The notes beneath the pieces are model-generated. The model searched no databases. It was not told the DNA's origin and was given only the letters and a program-made list of their open reading frames with translations. A program made the position numbers and the translations under genes. A stretch of 64,000 bases of DNA from Myxococcota bacterium. Its GTDB lineage: Bacteria > Myxococcota_A > UBA796 > CAJQPC01. Where the stretch lies: positions 16,416-80,415 of the forward strand of contig JAZAMN010000030.1 in assembly GCA_036229005.1 (NCBI GenBank), written 5' to 3'. Positions 31,178 through 40,281 of this stretch are shown one piece after another. How positions within the stretch are numbered: position 1 is the stretch's first letter; each line of letters begins with the position of its first letter.

Positions 31178-31954
31178 ATGCAGCCCCAGCGAATCACCCC
31201 CTCTCCGGTCCCCGCCCCCCGCCTGGCCCTGGCGGAGTCGGAGCTCTGTGCCCGCTTCGGCGGTCCTGTGGTGCGCGTGCTCGCGGGGCTCTCGGTGGAC
31301 GGCCACCGCATCGACATGGGCGACCTGCTGCTCCTGGATCCCGGCGCGGTCGCGGGGGACCTGGTGGTGGTCGTCGCGCGGGGCCGGGGGCGTCCGATGC
31401 TCGCCCGCATGAGCGAAGCGGGTCCTCTCGGCGTGCCCAGCGGCGTGCCCTGCTCTCGCAGCCGCTGGCGGGTGCTGGGCCGGGTCATCGCGCAGGTCCG
31501 CCCCTCCACGCCCGCTCAGGACAAGGTGCTGACCTTCCCGGCCGCGCGCGCTCAGGGCATGCTGCCTCTGGCCCCCAGCTCCCTTGCGCAGGGCGTCGCG
31601 GTGCTGCGTCTGGAGCGGGCCCCGACCCCGGAGATGGTGGAGCTGGTCGCGGAGCGTCAGGGCGCGCTGCGTGTCCGGGGCTCCGAGCTGCATCTGCCCC
31701 TGGGGGAGCTGTCTCTGGAGTCCCTGGGGGCCCTGGTTCGGGACCTGGGCCTGCGCTTCGGGGTGCGGGTCCGGGGTGCCCTCGCGATGGAGCTGGAGCA
31801 CGCTCAGGCGGCCTGTGCGCTGATGTCCTCGGGCCAGGTCGCTCGGGTGCTCCCGGGTCAGGAGCTGCTCCCCTCTGCGGTGGAGCGTGAGCTCGCCCAG
31901 GTCCAGGAGGAGGAGCGCATGGTGGCTCAGGCTGCGCAGCTCACCCTCTTCTAG
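31178..31954 (+). CDS. LexA/UmuD-like (S24 fold) N-terminal domain protein with unknown C-terminal domain ending in QLTLF
   Basis: VVRVLAGLSVDGHRIDMGDLLLLDPGAVAGDLVVVVARGRGRPMLARM aligns by eye with E. coli LexA [53 protein letters not shown] lies before the ATG at 31178. Alternative ATGs are at 31145 and 31160. Confidence 0.6.
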   Translation: MQPQRITPSPVPAPRLALAESELCARFGGPVVRVLAGLSVDGHRIDMGDLLLLDPGAVAGDLVVVVARGRGRPMLARMSEAGPLGVPSGVPCSRSRWRVLGRVIAQVRPSTPAQDKVLTFPAARAQGMLPLAPSSLAQGVAVLRLERAPTPEMVELVAERQGALRVRGSELHLPLGELSLESLGALVRDLGLRFGVRVRGALAMELEHAQAACALMSSGQVARVLPGQELLPSAVERELAQVQEEERMVAQAAQLTLF

Positions 31955-32022
31955 GGCTGGGCACACAAGCTGGGGACACACACCGTCCCCAAGCGAGGAC
32001 AGGGGGGGATAGACCATGGTCC

Positions 32023-32826
32023 ATGCAGGACTTCAAGACACTGATCGCGCACGACCGGCCCTTGATCGGCGTGCTCCATCTGCCCCCCTTGCCGGGGGCT
32101 CCGCGGCCCTCTCCGGGCCTGGACTCCGTGATCCGGACTGCGCTCCGGGACGCCGAGGCGCTCGCGGAGGGCGGAGCTCAAGGGCTGATCGTGGAGAACC
32201 TGGGGGATGCGCCCTTCGAGCCGCTGGTCGAGCCGCATGTGTGCGCCATGCTGGGGGTGATCGCCCACCAGGTGGTGCAGCGCTTTGGGGATGCGCTGGT
32301 GGTCGGGGTGAACGCCCTGCGGAACGACGCGGCCTCGGCGCTGGGGGCGGCGGCCGCCGCTCAGGCGGGCTTTGTGCGGATCAACGTGCACACCGGCGCC
32401 ATGGTGACCGACCAGGGCCTCATCCAGGGGCAGGCCCGTCAGACCCTGCTCTACCGTCAGCGGCTGGCCCCTTCGCTGGGCATCGCGGCGGACGTCATGG
32501 TCAAGCACGCCGCGCCGCTGGGTGTGGGGACCGACCTGGCCCAGAGCGCGGCGGACTGCTTCCACCGCGGGGGAGCGGACGCCCTCATCATCTCGGGGAG
32601 CGGCACGGGTCAGCCCACCTCATCCCAGGACCTGCAGGTGGTCCGGGAGGCTGTCCCGACCGCGCCGCTGTGGATCGGCTCGGGCTTCAGCCTCGAGACC
32701 GCAGCGAGCCTGCGGCCCCACTGCACGGGAGCCATCGTAGGCACCGCGCTGCACCAGGACGGCAAGTTGGCCGCCCCCCTGGACGTACAGCGGGTGCGGG
32801 ACATCCGGAGCGCCCTGGACGGCTGA
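32023..32826 (+). CDS. BtpA/SgcQ-family TIM-barrel protein
   Basis: LIGVLHLPPLPGAP...GLIVENLGDAPF..., typical of the BtpA family as I remember it. Confidence 0.75.
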   Translation: MQDFKTLIAHDRPLIGVLHLPPLPGAPRPSPGLDSVIRTALRDAEALAEGGAQGLIVENLGDAPFEPLVEPHVCAMLGVIAHQVVQRFGDALVVGVNALRNDAASALGAAAAAQAGFVRINVHTGAMVTDQGLIQGQARQTLLYRQRLAPSLGIAADVMVKHAAPLGVGTDLAQSAADCFHRGGADALIISGSGTGQPTSSQDLQVVREAVPTAPLWIGSGFSLETAASLRPHCTGAIVGTALHQDGKLAAPLDVQRVRDIRSALDG

Positions 32827-32849
32827 GGCCGGCTGTTGCCGCCTGGGGC

Positions 32850-34664
32850 TCAGCCTCCAAAGAAGCTCAGCAGCAGGTAGGCGCTGAGCACCACCGTGGC
32901 CCAGAGGGCGGTCTCGCCGCTGGGCCAGGGCTCGCCGAAGCTGCTGTCGCCCGGCTTGAACATCTGTCCGAAGCGGTCCGCCGCGCCCTGCACCGCGCCG
33001 CCCACGACGTCCTTGGTCTTCTCGGCCGCGCGGTCGATCGCGTGCACCACCTTGGACAGGCCGCCGGGCAGCCACTTGCGGTAGACCACGTCGACGTCCA
33101 GCACCGTGGAGCGCAGCTCGGGCGGGTACCAGCCCATCTTCTGCAGGAACACGAACGCCGCAGCGGAGCCCAGCAGGAGCTGCATCTGGGTGACCACGTG
33201 GGTCAGGTCGTAGGCGCTGTAGTCACCCACGTCGTAGGGCAGGATGGCGTAGAGGGGGGCGGGGAACACGCCCACGGCGATGCACAGGAAGGCCGCGATG
33301 GCCATGGCCACCAGCATGTTGCGGGGGGCCTCTCCGGTGACCTCGCGGGCCTTCTTGGAGTCGTGGGCAAAGAACGCAAAGTAGGGGATCTTGATGCCCG
33401 AGTGGTGGAACACACCCGCGCTGGCGAACAGCAGGATCAGGAAGGCCCAGGTGTAGCCCTGGTCGGCGGCCGCGGTCAGGATCATGGACTTGGTGACAAA
33501 GCCCGAGAACAGCGGGAAGGCGGAGATGGCCATCGCGCCGACCACGGTGAACCCGGTGGTCCAGGGCATCTTGCGCCACAGGCCGCCCAGCTCGGAGCCG
33601 TTGACGGTGCCTGCGCGCAGCAGCACGGCGCCCATGCCCATGAACAGCAGGCCCTTGTACAGGATGTGGGCGAACGCGTGGGCCGCTGCGCCGTTGATGG
33701 CGAGCTCGGTGCCCACGCCCACGCCCACGACCATGTAGCCGAGCTGGTTGTTGAGGCTGTAGGCCAACACCCGCCGCAGGTCGTTCTCGATGACCGCGTA
33801 GAAGATGGGGAACGCGGTCATCGTGGCGCCGATGGGCACCAGGATCTCGGTCCCGGCAAAGCCCCGCGCCAGCGCGTAGATCGCCATCTTGGTGGTGAAG
33901 GCGCTCATCCACACGGTGCCGGTGATGGTGGCCTCGGGGTAGGCGTCCTCCAGCCAGCTGTGCAGCATCGGGAAGGCGGCCTTGATGCCAAAGGCCAAGA
34001 AGATCAGCAGGTTGCCCAGGCTGCCGTCCAGCCCCATCAGGTCGAAGGCCAGGGAGTCGGTCTCGGCGTAGCGGAACAGGGCGCCGGCCAGCAGCAGCAC
34101 GCCCGACAGCACCTGGATCACCAGGTAGCGCATGCCCACGCGGGCAGCGCGGTTGGTTCCGCGCACCCAGATCAGGAACACGCTGGTGAGCGCGGTGAGC
34201 TCCCAGTACACGAACAGCGTGACCAGGTCGCCGGCGAACACGGCTCCGATGGCGCCGCCTGCGTAGCTGAGCCCGGCCAGGTGCTGCAGGTCATCCCGGA
34301 CGCGCAGGGCGTAGATCACCGAGAGGAACGCGGCGATGTGGAAGATGGTCCCGAAGATGCGGGCCAGGCGGTCGGCGCGCACCGGCTGGAGCGCGTAGCC
34401 GAACAGCTCGGTGTCCAGCGTGAAGCCCTCAGGGAGCAGCCAGATCTGCAGCAGCCCCAGCAGGGGGAGCAGCAGCATGAAGCCGCCCTTGAGGCCAACG
34501 GGGGAGCGGCCGCGCAGGGGCCAGATGCCATCCACCGGACCCTTCTCGGGGGTGGGCACACCTGGAAACAGTGGGACGAGCAGGGCGCCCAGGATCAGCA
34601 GCAGGCCAGGGGGGAGGCTGGCCGCGATATCGCCAGCCAGGCCGGCGGACAGGGTCTCAAGCAT
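32850..34664 (-). CDS. Antiporter-like subunit (MnhD/NuoL-M-N family), third copy
   Basis: 604-aa polytopic protein with Proton_antipo_M-like blocks (WLEDAYPEATITGTVWMSAF..., YSLNNQLGYMVVGVGVG). Confidence 0.85.
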   Translation of the reverse strand: MLETLSAGLAGDIAASLPPGLLLILGALLVPLFPGVPTPEKGPVDGIWPLRGRSPVGLKGGFMLLLPLLGLLQIWLLPEGFTLDTELFGYALQPVRADRLARIFGTIFHIAAFLSVIYALRVRDDLQHLAGLSYAGGAIGAVFAGDLVTLFVYWELTALTSVFLIWVRGTNRAARVGMRYLVIQVLSGVLLLAGALFRYAETDSLAFDLMGLDGSLGNLLIFLAFGIKAAFPMLHSWLEDAYPEATITGTVWMSAFTTKMAIYALARGFAGTEILVPIGATMTAFPIFYAVIENDLRRVLAYSLNNQLGYMVVGVGVGTELAINGAAAHAFAHILYKGLLFMGMGAVLLRAGTVNGSELGGLWRKMPWTTGFTVVGAMAISAFPLFSGFVTKSMILTAAADQGYTWAFLILLFASAGVFHHSGIKIPYFAFFAHDSKKAREVTGEAPRNMLVAMAIAAFLCIAVGVFPAPLYAILPYDVGDYSAYDLTHVVTQMQLLLGSAAAFVFLQKMGWYPPELRSTVLDVDVVYRKWLPGGLSKVVHAIDRAAEKTKDVVGGAVQGAADRFGQMFKPGDSSFGEPWPSGETALWATVVLSAYLLLSFFGG

Positions 34665-35130
34665 GGTGGCCCTCCTGGTCCGCGGGCTCGCTGGGCGGCT
34701 GGAAGGGGGCGTCGTCCCCGTAGTAGTCCTCGTCGCGCATCACCAGCATGCGGAGCACGCGGGCGGCCAGCACCAGGCCCACGCAGCCAGCGAACCCGTA
34801 GACCGCGTGGAAGGCCGGGACCATCTCGAATGCGTAGTGTCCGTGCTTGTGGCCGCCAAAGCCACTGTGGTCCTCGCTTGCGCTGGGATCTCCGTGGTGC
34901 TCGGCGGGCTGCTCGGGGGTGGGGTGGGCCCCGGTGTGGGAGGGCTCAGAGTGCTCCTCGCCTGCCGTCTGATGGGTCTCGGCCTCATGGCTGCCCAGGG
35001 AGGACAGCCAGCTTGGCCCGAACCACACCGCGTCGATCAGCACAAAGCCCAGGACAAGGGCCCACAGACCCCGGACGATCCACCTTACGGTGCCCAGGTC
35101 GACGCTGGGGGGGCCGTGCTCGTGGCTCAT
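34657..35130 (-). CDS. Small His/Glu-rich two-TM membrane protein
   Basis: 157 aa with about 18 His. Two hydrophobic helices. ATGA overlap upstream and an 8-nt overlap downstream. Confidence 0.6.
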   Translation of the reverse strand: MSHEHGPPSVDLGTVRWIVRGLWALVLGFVLIDAVWFGPSWLSSLGSHEAETHQTAGEEHSEPSHTGAHPTPEQPAEHHGDPSASEDHSGFGGHKHGHYAFEMVPAFHAVYGFAGCVGLVLAARVLRMLVMRDEDYYGDDAPFQPPSEPADQEGHHA

Positions 35131-36728
35131 GGCAGGCCTCCGTTCTGGACGATGGGGCGAATGAAGGCCTCCAGCTGGGGGGCGAGCACAAAGAGCGCCA
35201 CGCAGCCCAGGGCCGTGAACACGATGGGACCGAGCATCAGCAGGTGGGTCTCCCGGATGCGCGCGCCGATGGGCAGGATGGGGACCAGGGCGGGGTCCTC
35301 GATGGACTTCTCGTCGGGGTAGCCGTGGCCGTGATGGTCGTCGGCGTGGTGGGCGTCCCCGTGGTCGTCGTGGTGGGCGTGGTCGTCGTGGTGGTGGGCC
35401 TGGGCGTCCTCGGGCAGGAAGAAGGCTCGGACCACGATGGGCATCAGGTAGCCGATGGCCAGCAGCGAGCTGAGCATGTAGACGCCGACGAAGATGTAGT
35501 CCTGGGGCTGAGTCGTGGCGCCGATGGCCATGAACCACTTGGCCCAGGAGCCGCCTCCGGGGGGCAGGCCGATGATCGAGAAGCTGGCGATGGTGAACGC
35601 CGTGAACATCACGGGCATCTTGCGGCCCAGGCCGTTGAGCTCACTGACCTTGGACTTGTGCACCGAGACCAGGCAGGCGCCGGCGACAAAGAACAGGGTG
35701 ATCTTGCCCATCGCGTGCATGGCGATGTGCATGCTGGCGCCGACCACGCTGTCCGGGGTGACCAGCATCGCGCCGAGCACGATGTAGGCGAGCTGGGAGA
35801 TGGTGGAGTACGCCAGCCGGGCCTTGAAGTTGTCCAGGGTCAGCGCGACGACGCTGGAGATCAGGATGGTGCCGGCGGCCACCCACTTGAGGATGTCGCT
35901 GCCGCCGGTGCTGTAGAGCAACTCCAGCCCGAAGATGTAGATGACCACCTTGAGGATGGTGAACACGCCGGCCTTGACCACCGCGACGGCGTGGAGCAGC
36001 GCGGAGACCGGCGTGGGGGCCACCATGGCGTTGGGGAGCCAGCGGTGGAAGGGCATCAGGGCGGCCTTGCCGGCGCCGAACGCGAAGAGCCCCAGCAGGA
36101 TGGGGATCATCGGGCCGTCGACCTTGGAGGCCAGGATGCCGCCCGGGGTGAAGTCGAGCGTGCCCGTGAGGCTGTAGGTCCACAGCACACCCAGCAGGAG
36201 CAGCCCCACCGAGGTGCTGACCAGGATGCCCAGGTAGATGCGCCCGGCGCGGCGGGCGGCCTCGTTCCCGGCGTGGGTGACCAGCGGGTAGGTCGAGAAG
36301 GTCAGCACTTCGTAGAACAGGAAGAGCGTGAACAGGTTGGCCGACATCGCGATGCCCAGCGCAGCGAAGATGGCCAGCGCGAAGCTGATGTAGAAGCGGG
36401 TCTGGTTGGTCTCGCCGTGGCCCCGCATGTAGCCGAAGGCGTACAGGGAGGTGGGCCCCCACAGGCCAGAGGCCACCAGCGCATACAGCAGGCCCAGGGG
36501 CTCGAGCTTGAAGGCCAGGGGCACGTTCTCGAACACGTGGAAGAACACGACCTCCGGGCGGGCGCCGGCGGAGATCTCGGGGACCATGGCCACCACGCAG
36601 CCAAAGGTCAGCAGCGCGGCCATCACCATCAACGCGTCGCGCAGATCCGGGATCTTGCGCGCGAAGAACATCAGGGGCACCACCCCCAAGGGGATGAAGA
36701 AGGCCACCATCATCAAGGTGCCAGCCAT
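35127..36728 (-). CDS. Antiporter-like subunit (MnhD/NuoN-like), second copy, with His/Asp-rich loop
   Basis: Proton_antipo_M-like core plus the insertion AQAHHHDDHAHHDDHGDAHHADDHHGHG (about nt 35320-35410). Confidence 0.85.
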   Translation of the reverse strand: MAGTLMMVAFFIPLGVVPLMFFARKIPDLRDALMVMAALLTFGCVVAMVPEISAGARPEVVFFHVFENVPLAFKLEPLGLLYALVASGLWGPTSLYAFGYMRGHGETNQTRFYISFALAIFAALGIAMSANLFTLFLFYEVLTFSTYPLVTHAGNEAARRAGRIYLGILVSTSVGLLLLGVLWTYSLTGTLDFTPGGILASKVDGPMIPILLGLFAFGAGKAALMPFHRWLPNAMVAPTPVSALLHAVAVVKAGVFTILKVVIYIFGLELLYSTGGSDILKWVAAGTILISSVVALTLDNFKARLAYSTISQLAYIVLGAMLVTPDSVVGASMHIAMHAMGKITLFFVAGACLVSVHKSKVSELNGLGRKMPVMFTAFTIASFSIIGLPPGGGSWAKWFMAIGATTQPQDYIFVGVYMLSSLLAIGYLMPIVVRAFFLPEDAQAHHHDDHAHHDDHGDAHHADDHHGHGYPDEKSIEDPALVPILPIGARIRETHLLMLGPIVFTALGCVALFVLAPQLEAFIRPIVQNGGLP

Positions 36729-38207
36729 CTACTCAACCCCCATCAGGCTCGCGGCGGCCTTCATGGCGACCTGTCCGGTCCACTCGGTCCACAGGCCGAA
36801 CACCACCGTGGCGCCGACCATCACGTAGGTGGGCCACAGCATGGAGAAGGGGGCCTCGCGGGCATCCTCCACTTCTGCGGAGGGCTCCTTGAGGTAGGCG
36901 ACCTCGACCACCTTCCAGACGTAGCCCACGGCCAGCAGGCTGGAGCCCAGAGTCAGGGCGGCGAGCCACCACTGGCCGGCGTCCAGGGAGGCCTGGACCA
37001 GGTACCACTTGGAGATGAAGCCAGCGGTGCCGGGCACACCGATGAGCGAGAGGCCGCCCACGACAAAGGCCAGCATGGTCCAGGGCATCTTGCGGCCCAG
37101 GCCGGCCATGTCCTCGATCCTGGAGGAGTTCAGCCGGTAGGTGATGTTGGCCACCACCAGGAACAGGGCGCCCTTCATCAGGCCGTGATTGAAGAGGTGG
37201 ACCAGACCGCCTGCCAGACCAAGCTGGCTGTTCATGCTCAGGCCCAGGGTCATGTACCCGATCTGGGCCATGGAGCTGTAGGCGAGCAGCCGCTTGATGT
37301 GGGTCTGGTACATCGCGGCGATGGAGCCCACGAACATGGCGACCACGGACAGGGGCAGCAGCAGCCACTCCAGGTGCACCGTGCCGAACACGAAGGCGGC
37401 GCCGAAGATGGTGAACACCACCCGGACCAGCACGAAGTAGCTGACCTTGGTCGCCGTCGCGCTCAGGAAGGCGCTGACCACGCTGGGGGCGTAGGTGTAG
37501 GCGTTGGGCATCCACTGGTGCAGCGGGAACACCGCCAGCTTGATGGAGCTGCCGACCACCAGGAAGCCAAAGGCCAGCAGCACCGTGCGGGTGTGCATGA
37601 CCGGCTCCAGGCGCTGGGCCAGATCCGACATGTTGAGCGTGCCGGTCATCTGGTAGAGAAGGCCGACACCGAGCAGGATGAAGGTGCCGCCGATGGTGCC
37701 CATCACCAGGTAGGAGAAGGCCGCCGTCAGGGCCCTGCGGCCCTTGCCCAGAGCGATCAGCGTGTACGAGGACAGCGAGGTGATCTCGACGAACACGAAC
37801 ACGTTGAAGGCGTCCCCGGTGACCGAGATGCCCAGCAGGCCGGTCATGCAGAGCAGGAACGCCGTGTAGAACAGGTACTGGCGCGACTCCGGGATGGCCA
37901 GGCTCGCGGAGCCGGGGCCATAGGGGAGCACCAGCGAGGCGATGCCGGTGACGATCACCGCCAGGAAGGCGTTGGCGATGTCGACCCGCAGCTCGATGCC
38001 CAGGGGCTGCTCCCAGCCGCCCAGGGCGTAGGAGATCGCACCGGTCTCCAGGGTCGTGGAGAGCAGGGTGATGGCGATGGCCAGGGAGACCCAAGCGATG
38101 CCGGTGGCCCACACCCGCACGACGCCAGGGCGCCGAAGGAAGAGGGAGAGGGGGGCCGCCAGCAGGGGAATCGCCACTTGCAGGGCGGGGAGGTGGTCGC
38201 GGATCAC
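36729..38207 (-). CDS. Antiporter-like subunit (MnhD/NuoM-like), first copy
   Basis: 492-aa polytopic protein with WMPNAYTYAPSVVSAFLSATATKV and YSSMAQIGYMTLGL. Confidence 0.85.
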   Translation of the reverse strand: MIRDHLPALQVAIPLLAAPLSLFLRRPGVVRVWATGIAWVSLAIAITLLSTTLETGAISYALGGWEQPLGIELRVDIANAFLAVIVTGIASLVLPYGPGSASLAIPESRQYLFYTAFLLCMTGLLGISVTGDAFNVFVFVEITSLSSYTLIALGKGRRALTAAFSYLVMGTIGGTFILLGVGLLYQMTGTLNMSDLAQRLEPVMHTRTVLLAFGFLVVGSSIKLAVFPLHQWMPNAYTYAPSVVSAFLSATATKVSYFVLVRVVFTIFGAAFVFGTVHLEWLLLPLSVVAMFVGSIAAMYQTHIKRLLAYSSMAQIGYMTLGLSMNSQLGLAGGLVHLFNHGLMKGALFLVVANITYRLNSSRIEDMAGLGRKMPWTMLAFVVGGLSLIGVPGTAGFISKWYLVQASLDAGQWWLAALTLGSSLLAVGYVWKVVEVAYLKEPSAEVEDAREAPFSMLWPTYVMVGATVVFGLWTEWTGQVAMKAAASLMGVE

Positions 38208-38596
38208 GCGTCCTCCCGCGCGTCGATGGCCACGAGCTCGTCCTCTTCCACCGTTCCGTATGCCTCCTGGATCCGGACCACGAGGGCCAGACCCAGCGCC
38301 GTCGTCGCGATGCCGACCACGATGGCCGTGAGCATCAACACGTGGGGGATGGGGTTGGAGAACACCTGCTCAGCGTGCTCTGCGCCGTGCTCGCCGTGCA
38401 TGTCCTCGAAGATGGGGGCGGTGCCGCCCAGGACCTTGCCGAGCGCCACGTAGAACATGATGACGCTGACCTGGAAGATGTTCAGGCCCATCACCTTCTT
38501 CACCAGGTTCTCCCGGGAGATCACGGTGTAGAGCCCGATCATCATCAACAAGATGACCACCACGTAGATCCACAGGCCGGCTGCGGATTCCATCAT
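38204..38596 (-). CDS. MnhC/NuoK-like subunit
   Basis: 130 aa, three TM helices, and HVLMLTAIVVGIATTALGLALVVRI. Confidence 0.8.
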   Translation of the reverse strand: MMESAAGLWIYVVVILLMMIGLYTVISRENLVKKVMGLNIFQVSVIMFYVALGKVLGGTAPIFEDMHGEHGAEHAEQVFSNPIPHVLMLTAIVVGIATTALGLALVVRIQEAYGTVEEDELVAIDAREDA

Positions 38597-39060
38597 CGAG
38601 AGCTCCTCTGGGGAGGCAGGGGCTTGACCCGCTCCCGGCCGGCGAAGGCGTAGAAGATGGTGGTCATGGCCGCGGTCACGGTGATGCCCACGCCCCCCTC
38701 GATGAGCAGCAGTCCGTAGTGCTCGCCGTGGTGGGGGTCGATGGCCTTGTACTCCAGGAACTGGCCGCCCAGGAAGAGGGTCCAGATGCCCACGCCGCCG
38801 TAGAGCAGCACGCCCAGGGCGGTCAGGATCTCCACCAGGCGGGGGGGGACGGCGCGCTTGAGCGCGTCCAGCCCTTCGACCAGCCCATAGAGCACCAGGC
38901 CCGCGGCGAAGATCACGCCAGCCTGGAAGCCACCGCCTGGGCCAAAGTCACCGTGGAACTGCACGTAGAGCGCAAAGAGCAGGATGAAGGGGAGCAGGTG
39001 GCGCGAGACCTCCCGCAGGATCACCATCTCGGACATGCGCATGGGGGCCTTGGAGCTCAC
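38593..39060 (-). CDS. MnhB-like subunit
   Basis: 155 aa, four TM helices. Assigned by position and size within the Mrp-type operon. Confidence 0.7.
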   Translation of the reverse strand: MSSKAPMRMSEMVILREVSRHLLPFILLFALYVQFHGDFGPGGGFQAGVIFAAGLVLYGLVEGLDALKRAVPPRLVEILTALGVLLYGGVGIWTLFLGGQFLEYKAIDPHHGEHYGLLLIEGGVGITVTAAMTTIFYAFAGRERVKPLPPQRSSR

Positions 39061-39644
39061 TCCTCACCTCCGTGCGCGGCGTCGTCGCCGGCCTCTTGAG
39101 CGGCGTCCTCCAGGGGGAGCGCGTCCTCGTCCTGTCGGCGGTGGGCCAGCAGCAGCATCACGCCGGTCGCGGCGGTGAAGATCACCGTGGTCTCACCGAA
39201 GGTGTCGTAGCCACGGTAGGAGCCCAGCACCGCGGTCACGATGTTGGGGATGTGGAAGTGCTCCAGGGTGCCTTCGATGTAGGCCGGCGCCAGGTAGTGG
39301 TGGATGGGCGCGCCCGGATCCGAGTAGTGCGGCATGTCCGCGATGCCCCAGAGCAGGACTAGGCCCATCAGCACGACCACCGCAAGGGGCAGGACCTTGA
39401 AGCGCCCCTGCCGCTCGTGGGTGGGCGTCAGCGCGAGGGTCCCCAGGAAGAGCACCGTCGAGATGCCCGCGCCGACGGCCGCCTCGGTGAACGCGACGTC
39501 CACCGCGTCCATCAGGGTGAACAGCCCAGCCGAGATCAGCGAGAAGATGCCGGAGAGCATCGCAGCCGCCAGCAGGCTTCGGGTGCGGATGATGACCACC
39601 GCCATGGCCAGCAGGAAGGCGAACAGGATGGGTTCGACGGTCAC
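39057..39644 (-). CDS. MbhD/DUF4040-like membrane subunit
   Basis: 195 aa, hydrophobic. It sits between the MnhG and MnhB homologs, as in Mbh-type modules. Confidence 0.6.
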   Translation of the reverse strand: MTVEPILFAFLLAMAVVIIRTRSLLAAAMLSGIFSLISAGLFTLMDAVDVAFTEAAVGAGISTVLFLGTLALTPTHERQGRFKVLPLAVVVLMGLVLLWGIADMPHYSDPGAPIHHYLAPAYIEGTLEHFHIPNIVTAVLGSYRGYDTFGETTVIFTAATGVMLLLAHRRQDEDALPLEDAAQEAGDDAAHGGEE

Positions 39645-40000
39645 TGGGGCGCCTCTTCGTTCTCGTCCACCGCCTGGGCCTTGTCATCGTCCCAGCGCAG
39701 CCCGCGGGCGTAGGCCGCCTTGACCAGGGCGTGGCCGCTGGTGGGGCTGGAGATCAGCAGGAAGACCCCGATGGCGAAGAGCTTGACCAGCACAAGCCAG
39801 TCGCCCTCCAGGAAGTGCGGGAGGGTCTGCACGCCCAGCCCGGCCAACATCAGGCTGGCGCCCAGGGTGTCCGTCAGGGAGGCCCCGTGGGTGCGCGTGT
39901 AGAAGTCGGGGAGGCGGAGGATGCCGATTCCGCCGATGACACAGAAGATGCCGCCGCTCACCAGCAGCACCCAGGAGACGATGTCCAGGGCCAGGATCAC
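39641..40000 (-). CDS. MnhG-like subunit
   Basis: GGIGILRLPDFYTRTHGASLTDTLG motif. Confidence 0.75.
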   Translation of the reverse strand: MILALDIVSWVLLVSGGIFCVIGGIGILRLPDFYTRTHGASLTDTLGASLMLAGLGVQTLPHFLEGDWLVLVKLFAIGVFLLISSPTSGHALVKAAYARGLRWDDDKAQAVDENEEAPQ

Positions 40001-40281
40001 AGGCGCCTCCGGGGCCGCTGGTCGTCGCGGGCCAGGCTGCCGAAGCGGGCGTACTTGAGGATGGCGACCGTGCCGATGAAGTTCATCAGCGCGTAGATCA
40101 GCGCCAGGTCCAGGAAGTCGGGCCGGCCGACCAGGAAGCCCGCGACCGCGATCAGCAGGACCGTCTTGGTCCCGAACATGTTGAGCGCCAGGATCCGGTC
40201 GAACACCGTCGGGCCCAGCACCGCGCGGGTGAAGGCCAACGCCATGGTGACCAGCACCGCGCTCATCGCCGCCCAGAACAT
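39997..40281 (-). CDS. MnhF-like subunit
   Basis: 94 aa, three TM helices (MFWAAMSAVLVTMALAF...). The start shares 1 nt with the mnhE stop (TGATG). Confidence 0.7.
   Translation of the reverse strand: MFWAAMSAVLVTMALAFTRAVLGPTVFDRILALNMFGTKTVLLIAVAGFLVGRPDFLDLALIYALMNFIGTVAILKYARFGSLARDDQRPRRRL

Noticed and set aside
32016-38453. A 2145-aa plus-strand ORF, the longest in the window.
   Set aside because: It runs antisense to seven well-recognised Mrp-type genes and in part shares the strand of btpA out of frame. Its translation is G/A/R/H/D/Q low complexity with no domain. This is a typical shadow frame in ~70% GC DNA, where stop codons are rare.
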